A DNA stretch of 55,431 bases, the filler included, from Sphacelaria rigidula (Eukaryota), in assembly GCA_964200075.2 (NCBI GenBank). It is 6 parts of 6 records of this genome, joined end to end, with 100 filler letters (N's around TTAATTAATTAA, not from the genome) between each part and the next. Parts side by side here need not be neighbours in the genome. Positions count along the whole stretch, not along the records: positions 37,024 to 46,177 come from CAXNAA020009165.1; positions 46,278 to 55,431 come from CAXNAA020009166.1; 4 more parts are not named here. The stretch is one strand, 5' to 3'. This document shows positions 37,581 to 47,399 of the stretch, piece by piece (the first letter of the stretch is position 1; every line of letters begins with the position of its first letter). The position numbers and the translations under genes were made by a program. The notes beneath the pieces were generated by a model. That model saw nothing but the letters and a program-made list of their open reading frames with translations, did no database searches and had not been told where the DNA came from.

Positions 37581-40500
37581 CTGGGTAGGGTCACCCGTGG
37601 ATCCGGAGCACATTCAGCCCAGCTGGATGCTCGTGCCTGTCTCGAACTTGATGGGGGCCGCCGCTGCCAAATCGGTCAACCCGGAGTACTACGAGTGGGG
37701 GTGGTTCCTGTTCGGCACCGGCGTGCTACTCTGGCTGGTCCTTTGGCCGATCACCTTCAGCAAGGTAGATGATGTTGATGATGATGACGATGAGGATATC
37801 AGCAATGATGATGGTGGTGGTGTTGGTAACGACGACGACGACGATGATGATGATAGTTGACACGAATTTCAAAGTCTTGGAGAGTTGTTTGCTGCTCGTG
37901 AACATCCTCTACCGTTGCACTGAACGCCCGGCATCAAAATACGGGAAATATCACACCTGTCTGTGAAAGGATCACTTGGTTGTTTACAGACACCTGCGGG
38001 ACATCGCTTCCCTTCGTGCTTTCTTTCAAGGGATGAGAGTTTCGGGAAATACTTTTGCGCCCGACAGTGAGAGTGAAAGAAGGATTGAGTCGAAACTCTC
38101 GGAGGTTCAGCGTGTGTGTCATCATTCCATCAGTCCTGGACGCCAGTCTACACCAGGTGTGTGTGGACTGCTGTCCAGGACTGATGGAATGATCGCACAC
38201 ACTCTGAACCTTCAAAACCTAACGCTCTGAAGCTCTTTCACCCTGCCTCTAAATCGAAAAAATATTTTCCGAAACTCTCTTCACATACCAAGTGCTACTC
38301 ACCGACGCTGGTTGCAAAACAATGATACATTCACAAACAAGACCCGAAGTCGGACTCAAGCCTCTTCGAAGGCCAATTCGATCCGCGGATCGAGGTTTCA
38401 AGCCCCGATACTCTGTTTGGCGAGCCGCGAGCCAGATCATTTTTTCGATTCTTCGAAATATGACACGCGTGGTATCCAACGGTAGAGTTGCGCGCATTCG
38501 TGTAATTCTCAATGCGTGTGCAAAGAATAAATTTATTATGCAAGTACTTTTCCTCATCCTGCTTTTGTCGTGCGGGTCTTAAAACCATTCGAGCATCTCA
38601 ACAAGGTTTGGCATTCTGGTCTTGCGCAAAGGATATTATTACTGTAACTTATCGATGATGCGGTGTACCTACGTCTTACCATCTGACCTCCGATACGGCC
38701 CAGGCGATCTCTGACCACCACAGCGATATCCGCACTCGGAACTTCTTCGCTATCTGGGTGGCACCTCCAGCGATGGCGATGCTAGCATACCAACACCTGG
38801 AGAGTGTGCTCATCTTTGATTCCCTGCAGCGGGTGCTATATTGTGAGTGATCAGCAGCGGTCTGGCGATTGAATAAAAAAACGTTCCTTTCTTTAGTTTC
38901 TTGGCTTTGTGGGGCTTTTTTTTCAGTCACAATTCCGACCTCTCCCGTTCCTCGAGACGAATCCTTCCTCTAGAGTGGTTGGTCTCGAGAGAGCAACCTA
39001 TCTCCCCCCAGGACACGCCATGCATTCGGTCTTGCGGGTTGAATCGGCAAACCCGCGCCGCGTGAACGCTTGTCAAATAAACCCATCGGAAGTACTTTTA
39101 CTCCCGTCCTAATGCTTTCAACGGCGGATGTTTGATATGTCGGATATGACCCCAACACATGCGGTGTGGATCGAACACGTCTTCTCTGCATCTGAATGTT
39201 GTTTGCTACACCATGTTCAACCGGGGGTGTGCATATTGACACTGATGTTTGCACTAGGAGATGTACCATGGTGCACGAAGAAGTGCGGCACTCGGGCTTA
39301 GCAACTGTGCAGAGCTGGGGGCGACGGGGGGTGGGGAGGGAGGGGCGGGGGGGAGGGGGGGGGATACCCGTGGTATTGCACGCTACAGTCATGGGACCAT
39401 AGACCTCACATCCCTACGAAGCCGGGACAGAGCACGCCGAGTTTTCAAGAGGCCGGCAATCAACCACCAAGCGCGAAGCGCCGTGAAGTGATCGGCGAGT
39501 CGCATTAGGGGTGAGCTGAATCCGGCTAAGATTGCTCGGCCTGAAGCGTACCATGAATCTTGCGCATGGATGGCAACCTGGAAAATATCATTTTTCTGGC
39601 ATCGCCACTTCAAGGGACACCCATGGGTTACCCTATAATGCGTGAGAGGACCGTGTATTCAGGGGGCCGCATTGCAGTTCAAAGCGCCTCAGGATCGACG
39701 TTTTTGAAAACCGATGGGGCCAGTCCCAGCAGGGACCACGCCTCTGACCCTAATCCTAACACCAACCCTAACCCGAACCATAGGGGTGTTGGAATTCCGA
39801 TGCAGTCCTCTACGCACGGAGTCCTCTCACACATTACAATCCTGCCCCACGGATGTCTCACCATTGAAACACAACGTAGTCCAAACACCAGTAGGAGGCG
39901 GCGACAATACCCAGTATCACCAGTATCCGCCAGTGCCATCCTCCAAAATACGCAGTATCTGAAATACCCAGTATCGTCAGGATTTGTCAGTATGAGACGC
40001 TGAAATACCCAGTACCGTCAGGATTTGTCAGTATGAGACGCCGAATTACCCAACATCCGCCAGTATCCGCCAGTACCCGGCCGCAAAAAACCCAGTATCG
40101 CCAATATCGTCAGTACGAGGCGGCGAAATACCCACTATCGCCAGTATCCGCCAATATGAGGCGGCAAATTACCCAGTATCACCAGTATCCGCCAGTACGA
40201 GGCCACTATCGCCAGTATCATCCAGTGTGAAGCGGCGAACTACCCAGTATCACCAGTATCCGCCAGTTTGAGGCGGCGAACTACCCAGTATCACCAGTAT
40301 CCGCCAGTACGAGGCCGCAAATCACCCACTATCGCCAGTATCATCCAGTATGAAGCGGCGAACTACCCAGTATCACCAGTATCCACCAGTATAAGGTGGC
40401 TAGATACCCAGTATCGCCAGTATTATCCAGTATGAGGCGGCAAAAGACGGAGTATCAACAGTGTCCACCAGTATGATAAGAGGAAGTACGGGGGGCGTAC

Positions 40501-43500
40501 GGATACGGGGCAGTACGGAAATCCCTATGGGCCATACTGGTACGGGTCATACGAGGAGCATCTTTGGAACATTCCCTTCCCGCGGAGCTGAAGTTCCCCA
40601 TCCCGCACAATGCAATCTCACGCGACTCATATCATGGTTACCTCAATAAAATTCGCAAGCGAGAACGACGGCGACCTAGTTGCCTAGCTTGCAGAGTGAG
40701 TGGTGTGTTTCAAAGTGCCGGTACCCACCGACGCCAACCCTGGAAAGGGAAAGGGAGGGTTGTGGTGACGCAACCTACGTTTTTGTCAAATCTGCCGTGA
40801 GAATGGTGAATCCCCTTCACGGTTGAATATGCACGTCCCGGAAGTGGTGTACCGCCCGCCCGCTCGCAGCAAAAACTCGAACTCGGTCCCTTATCCTTGT
40901 GATGGAACGTGCTGCTTGTTGCACCGCCCCACAGACCCGGCTCTGTCGATGGCCGCAGCCGTGGCGGTGCTCGCGTGGCCTGTGAATTTCTTCCTGGAGG
41001 GAGGATTTAACATGTCCAACTGGGCGCTTGCATTCCCTCTCGACGCTCTCGCTGCCGCGTCGGTCCTCGCCTACAGTTTGTCTCATCACGAAGCCATCAA
41101 GGTATGGAATAAGAAACAGACACAATCGCGAACTCTTGTTCTCAGGTGCAGAAGCGGAACTAACCAGTGCATAGGAGTGCCTAGAATTTTGCAATGTCGG
41201 CTGGAAGGCTGAGGTTTGTTCTCAAACACCAGACCGTCCACAGATGTGTCTGCGTCCATCTTTCTCACTGCATCTGACGTGTCTCTCCTGCGCTACCATC
41301 GCACATCGCAGTCACCGCTCCCCCCCTGAATGACTTCGTCACTCGGTTCTCTTCCACCTTTCCAATCAACCGAAAGGCGATTTATGTAGTCATCCTGACG
41401 TCGGCGTGCATGGTTAACGCCATCAACCTTCTCGCCACACTGGGTGCGCTGAAAGCGAGGAGCATATTCACTCCGTCGCCGAGATGGTCTCCGCTCATCT
41501 TCGCGGAAATGGTGCACGAGGTGAGTACTGTAGTAGGGCACGCGGTGAACGCCCCGGAGCGATCGTAAACGCAGCCAAATACGCGGGCTATCATGGGGGC
41601 GGAGAGGGTGGGCAGGGGGGATGTGTCATTGGTGCCCTCGGATTGAAGTTGATTTAGTTGGAGTGGTAAGCTATCATTGTTGTTAGAGCTTGGGGATGGG
41701 GTTGTACAGTAGCCACCCGCGGAAAGCCTCGCAACAAGAACTGTTATATGTTGACCACCAGCCGGAAAACCGGCACGGTTCGACGGGTTTTCCCAGCGGT
41801 CGTTGAGACGGGCGTTGGAGGCATTGTAGACGTAACATTAGTTGACAGAACCCGTCCTGCTCCTTTCATAATCAAACTACATCTTAAGCTTTGAGTGCCG
41901 GTACAGCTGCGGGCAGTATGCCCTGCTGTCCCGTACCTGCCCGCGTTTGTCTTGCCCTCCATAAAGAACACAACTTTACTTGATCGCGTTCACATTTGGA
42001 GAGTATGTTACTTCTTATACCTGACCTACAAGATGATTGAGCGCTGACGGTAGTTGCGGGCATGCTTGGACAGGGATAGGGGCTTTGATAACCTTTACGC
42101 GCGACGTACAAAACAGGGGGAAAACGATCGCCATGTTTCACAAACTTTGGCCCTTCACAGGCGTTCCGCGAGGCTGTCCCAAAGCTCGAGAAGTTGGCAG
42201 CGGCCGCACAGCCAGGACTGGCTGACGCGTTCACCGTGCGTGCCCTCGCGACCGCGTGGTCCGCTGTGAGCAAGGTGCACGCGGTGCACACTCGTGCCAA
42301 AGAGACGGTGGTTTTCCCTGAATTGGAAGGATTCTTCCCTGGGCAGGTACGTGATCTTGGTTGAGTCTGTGGATCAATCAGTAAGTAAGATAATGGGTGA
42401 TGCGCAAACGGTGTTGGTTTTGGAAGAAGCTCCAAGCCAGGGCGACGGCATTCCTAACTTGTGGCCGTGGGTAGCCACGGTGTACCGCTTGCGATGTAGA
42501 GCCCACCGGTTAGTTGAAGCTCCTTGACGATGCGTTGTCCCTCCGCCCCAAACAACCTGCAGACGCTGCTGCTGCTGCTGACGAGTAACTCGACTCTATT
42601 ACCGAGCACCTTGTGCTCAGATCGCCCATTGCATGTTCCCGTCAAACACCACTCGCTTGCTTGTGTAGACACACGGAGCGGTCAAGCAGCGTGAGGAGCG
42701 TGGGGAGCTCATGTCGTCTATACAGATGGCAATCAACGCCCTCACGGATGAGAAGGGGGGCAGGTAAGATCTACAGTATCCCATAACCCCTATCGTTATG
42801 AAATCGAAGCGTGAACAGTTGTTACTCAAGTGACCACCTATTACGTAAAGATTTGGTTCGAGCATGACAAGTTGACCATGAAAGCAAAATGTCAGCGCAA
42901 ACAATCCAAACAATGTGACGCCTATTATTCTTCTGCCCCACCTCGCGTTGAAACCAATATTTGTGCTTCTAATACCTTACGTGCGGCTGGAAACTACAGC
43001 GACGGTGAGTACAAGGACGACGCGATCCGTGCTGACCTGCTGGAACAGCTGAAAGCAGACATTCAAGCCTTCAGCGAAGAACTTGTTGAGGGACTGGATG
43101 AGGAGGAGCTGTCGTTTGCCGCTCCTATCGCCCGCAAGGTTAGATAAATCATACTCCATGCGGCGATATGCTGGTGGCCCGTAATGTCGTGGTTTCATTG
43201 CAGATGCGATGTGCAATTCGGCAATGCCTCATCTTACCGTTGGAGTGTTGGGGCTACGGTCGCCGCGGTATCGTGTCAACGGACAACAGTAACGCACACC
43301 CGACCCGGCAAGGGTCGTTACTGCTCACCAGTTTTTTCTATGTTGCTCTTGTCACGATCTTAGAGTAGTAATCTCGTTGCTGTCATTTGATCAACGCATA
43401 TAGCCAGCCAAGCCATAGCCTCGATCCCGCTATAGACTGGAAGAGAACGGCCAGCAAGAGAGTGGTAAGCATTGAAAATGACAAACTCGGATAGATATTG

Positions 43501-45452
43501 CATAGCCGCAATCAAACCCAGGCGAAGTTCCCACCTTGAAAACGGTCTCAGAGTATGGTACAGGGAATACATCGCGAAAAATGTGTGCCATAGGTTCCTT
43601 TATAGTTCTGATTTCTGCATTCCTTGTTGGGAGAACGGTCGGCCATAGACGTATTCGTAGAGGCAAGAGAGAGCGACGGCGTGGCTGAAAGTCGTAGGGT
43701 TCCACACACGTTGTGAGAGGAACGATGACTACCGAGTCCGTCTCGTAGCTCCCCTTAAAATAACGACTGCCCTCGTCTCTTTCCACGCGGGGTGGTTATT
43801 GTCGCCCTTTACGGGAATGTTCGTGCCTTTTTTGTTTGTGGGACTCGCCTGCAGTATCTACCCATCAGCACGACCAAATCGCTGGTGAGGAAGGTCTGGG
43901 ACACCACCTCGAACTCAGACATGTCGGAGCTCCTGGCATGGGTACTCACGACACTGCGCATCCGTGGCCAGAGGGTGAGGACTGCATCTTCGTATCGTGC
44001 CGTCAAAAAATCACTATTGTCAAGCTTGCGAAACAACTTGAATATGAGAAGACCGTTTTCGACGACTGTCGCTTGCATGGGTGTAGCCAAAGCTCACAAA
44101 GTTACGAAGATCAAGAATATTGACAACATAACACAAGGCGTTGCACCTGAGCGTTCATCCGCTTCTACACGGCTAGAGTTAGGGTCAGGGTTCCCCCAAA
44201 GTTCCCATCTAGCCACCAAAACGATGGGCATGCGAACACACGATAACCACCGAAGTATCAGTCAGATAGTTGAATGGTTACGGTGCGTTCTAACAAAAGC
44301 TAGTCACCGGTTCCGATGTCCGCACGATACTTCTTGGCTATTGCATTTACGAGGTGAATAAACACAGAGTAACACGCCTAGAAGATCGGTTTTCACAATC
44401 CCGGTTAAAGTTCAAGCAGTGAGCCCGATATGGCCCTTGAAAGGATTATCCAGGGCCAAACGTTGCGTTGGTTACGAGGGTGACAACCCCGGAGCGAAAG
44501 CGCCGGTGCGATAGCGCTGACTGGTAGCACCATTGTTGTGCGTTCCACGAGGGTACACATTATTTTTTAAAGAGCTATGTTTATTCCAGTCTCTAGGGTC
44601 GACCACAACGGCCTTGCAGTTGTCAGGTTGTAAACAATGACGGGAGTTGACGAAGAATTCGACACGTTTTTCTTCGCGGGCAACAATGCAGCTGATACTG
44701 TGCAGCTATGGTGTATCTCGGAACAAGATCAAGAGGATCGGTCGATGTTAGTGGGACGTTCACTTACACCTCCAACAGATCTCCGGTCCCTGCCCAGCAT
44801 GCTCTTTCCCATCCCCGCAGATTTCTATTACCCAGGGGGAGTCTAGTTTTTATAATGGATTTCTTGTGGGTTTCAAGTAATATTGTAGAGAACGTATATA
44901 GTCCCAAGTGCATACGGCTAGTCGGTACGAACTCGTTATTTTTGCTCGTTGTACAGAACCCTCGTTGCGTGACTGTAGTCGCCAAATGGTCGGACCTTCA
45001 ACCGCCACCCCTCCCAAGAAAAAGGATTCGGTTCGAGAATAGTGGAACGGATCAGAATTCAAACCGCAGTCTTACGGAGCACTGGTTGGTGAAGTCATGG
45101 GAGAGTTTGTGCGAGCGTGACCCTGGCGCCGCCCCGGGCCATGGATATGCAGCGGAACATTCAGAGGGAGGCTGGACCTTGCAATTCCACTGATATGCAA
45201 CTCATATACACCTCTAAACCACGAAATAATGTTTGCCAATAATCCATATCTTTGTTCCTCTGCTCGCACCCGCGTCGCGCAAACAAATAGACGCACTTCC
45301 TGAAAGCATGGGTGTGGGCGATGCCCGAACGTGCGCAGCAGCTAGGGTTGATGGTATATCGGGTCGTCGATGATATCACCTGGGTCGAGCTGGCGCGCGA
45401 TCTCCCCGAAATTGTTCCCCGCGGGCTACCTGGGCACAGCCGTTACTACTAG
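37581..45452 (+). CDS. SLAC1/TehA (TDT family) anion channel with C-terminal hemerythrin-like domain; 5'-partial, 9 exons: 37581-37764, 38704-38842, 40935-41101, 41377-41520, 42161-42346, 42669-42763, 43000-43138, 43855-43974, 45291-45452 (444 aa visible)
   Basis: All 8 introns are GT-AG with compatible phases (0,1,0,0,0,2,0,0), giving one open frame to TAG at 45450-45452. TDT motifs: IQPSWMLVPVSNLMGA, GWFLFGTGVLLWLVL, FAIWVAPPAMA, FNMSNWALAFPLDAL. Then a helical HHE-like region: MVHEAFR...HAVHTRAKETVVFPEL...GLDEEE. Confidence 0.9.
37768..37856 (+). repeat. (GAT/GAC/GGT)n intronic low-complexity repeat
   Basis: Directly follows the exon donor at 37765. Confidence 0.85.
38065..38245 (+). ncRNA. 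Intronic hairpin, candidate pre-miRNA
   Basis: Arms of about 50 bp (38101-38153 and 38161-38213) with a perfect 21-bp core ATCATTCCATCAGTCCTGGAC / GTCCAGGACTGATGGAATGAT and a looser basal stem (GTGAAAGA / TCTTTCAC). The hairpin is certain; the miRNA identity is inference. Confidence 0.45.
39893..40475 (+). repeat. Intronic minisatellite, about 14 units of about 41 bp (TACCCAGTATCACCAGTATCCGCCAGTATGAGGCGGCGAAC)
   Basis: Units are built from three CCAGTAT sub-repeats; read directly. Confidence 0.93.
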
Positions 45453-46177
45453 AGAGGCACGGAGCCGATGGCGCGTCGGAGCGTTTCGTTCCGTGTCACG
45501 CCGTTCCTTTTGGATTTTGAAATGTAGTATTGTTTTAGGTATTTCGATGCCTCTCAGCGTAGTTCATGGTGTTGTATATATTTTTGTTCGGAATATCCCA
45601 GAAGGTGACCAAATGTGGAAAGGTAGGATATTTTCACGCGTTTTTTGTGCTACGTTTTTGAAAAAGAGCGGATATATGTCGGAAGCCTCGTGAAAGTAGC
45701 ACCGAGAACCACGACGAGGGGTTACGGGGACGGGGGCAGGGGGGTTCCCAACATGGTACGTCCGCCTTAACAGGTCTGCAACTACCGATTGCTTCGACAA
45801 CCATCGTTTTAAGATGAGTTCATAGTCGCGACTAAGGTAGTTTTTGTTTAAATGCGAGTTTTCGGCTGGAATGCTTGGAATGTAGTAAAATATTTTTTTG
45901 TAACTTGTGGCATGTTCGAGCTTGTTTGGAATACTACGTTGTGTACATTTTTTTATCCACCCTCTGTGGTACCACGACATACCTCCGGGCATCTAATGGA
46001 TAAGCTCAATGCGAGTTGTGTATAACCTACGGTGGCATGGAGTGTTCTGGGTTGTAGTGCCGGTGTAAGTAATGTTGAAAATTACTCACACAGCTTATAA
46101 TGTGGCTGTTTTCACAGGCACCGTAGGTAAGGTACCGTACCGAGCGTACCCCCGGTATTTACCGGGGTATCCCATAC

Positions 46178-46277
46178 NNNNNNNNNNNNNNNNNNNNNNN
46201 NNNNNNNNNNNNNNNNNNNNNTTAATTAATTAANNNNNNNNNNNNNNNNNNNNNNNNNNNNNNNNNNNNNNNNNNNN
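46178..46277. other. Assembly spacer
   Basis: Same linker. Confidence 0.98.
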
Positions 46278-46429
46278 AGCGGGTGACCTCCCCTCGCCGT
46301 CAAAGGGCCAGCTCTTTGGGGGGGGGGGGGCGTACTCATTCGTTGCTTGCCTTAGTCGTTTGACCATTGACCACCCATCCCTTTCGAGACGGAGCACTTT
46401 TGGGGCCGGATCCCCAGAAACATGTAGAG

Positions 46430-47062
46430 TTTGCACTCAGGGGCCTTTTCGTGAATGGGCATCATTTTCACTTGAAAAAAATATGCATGGTCCAGATGTG
46501 GACTACCCTCGCGGTCTAAGGGCTGACCCTTAGAGCGCGATGCAGGTAGTCCATCTGAATCACGCATACTTTCCCCAGTGAAACTAATCGTGATTCAGCA
46601 GGTGACCGGGTACGTTATCGGAATCAAGCATACTTTGTCAGGTGAAATTGATGTCAATTCAACAGAGGACCTACTCTCGCCGTCAAAGGGTTAACCGCGT
46701 CGTAGCGGTGGTTGTTCATCATGGGTCATATACAGTCATACAAAGCCGTACAGCAAGCAAGTGACTGCAATGGTGCGCAGAAGAGATTCTTGTCAACATG
46801 CGTGGCGTCGCGCACCACCGCCGACCACGGCTATCTGACTACGGTCACAGGGTTAACCCTCAGACCGCGATGCGGGTAGCCCATCTGGATCATAATACGT
46901 TTCCCAGTGAAATTGATGCCGATTCAGCAGGTGACCTAACCTCGCGGTCAAAAGGTTGACCGTTTGACTGCAAGCATCGGTCATCGCAATCAAGCATACA
47001 TTTTCAGGTGAAATTGATGCCGATTCAACAGATGACTAACTCCGCCTTCAAAGGGTTTAGCT
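46430..47062. mobile_element. Chain of about 100-bp MITE-like units with CCCT...AGGG ends and TTAA-like junctions (piggyBac-like); related units at about 25862-26335
   Basis: Clearest unit 46857-46955: TTAA|CCCTCAGACCGCGA...TCGCGGTCAAAAGG|TTGA. Core GTGAAATTGATGCCGATTCAGCAGGTGACC is repeated in both orientations; junctions AAGGG-TTAA-CCCT (about 26236) and AAGGG-CTGA-CCCT (about 46518). Confidence 0.7.
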
Positions 47063-47399
47063 GTTTAACCGCGACGGTTGTTCATCATGGGTCATATACA
47101 GCCATACACAGCAGTACAGCAGGTAGGCGAGATGTGCAGAAGTAATCGTTGCCAACGTGCCCAGCGTCAGGCACTTGCACTGACCACGGCAATCCGACTA
47201 CGCAAAAGCCGAGAAGCCACGCTGACAGATTTCGGAGTGACTGGTGAAACTGACCAGCGCCAAAGCCACAGTGTCAAACGGCTGAGAACGTCACTGGCAC
47301 CGGAGAGACATAGAGGTTCCGTTGAATTGGCGGGTAAAGAGTAGGTCACTGGTGCCGGGAAAATGAGGTGCGTCAGACTTTGATGAGGGAAAGGTCTAA

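Noticed and set aside
37765-37860. Poly-Asp C-terminus in ORF 37597-37860
   Set aside because: Read-through into an intronic (GAT)n repeat past the AAG|GTAGAT donor.
32762-45452. Apparent redox/iron cluster: heme DOMON gene next to a hemerythrin-fused channel
   Set aside because: They lie on different contigs separated by an artificial spacer in a size-sorted concatenation.
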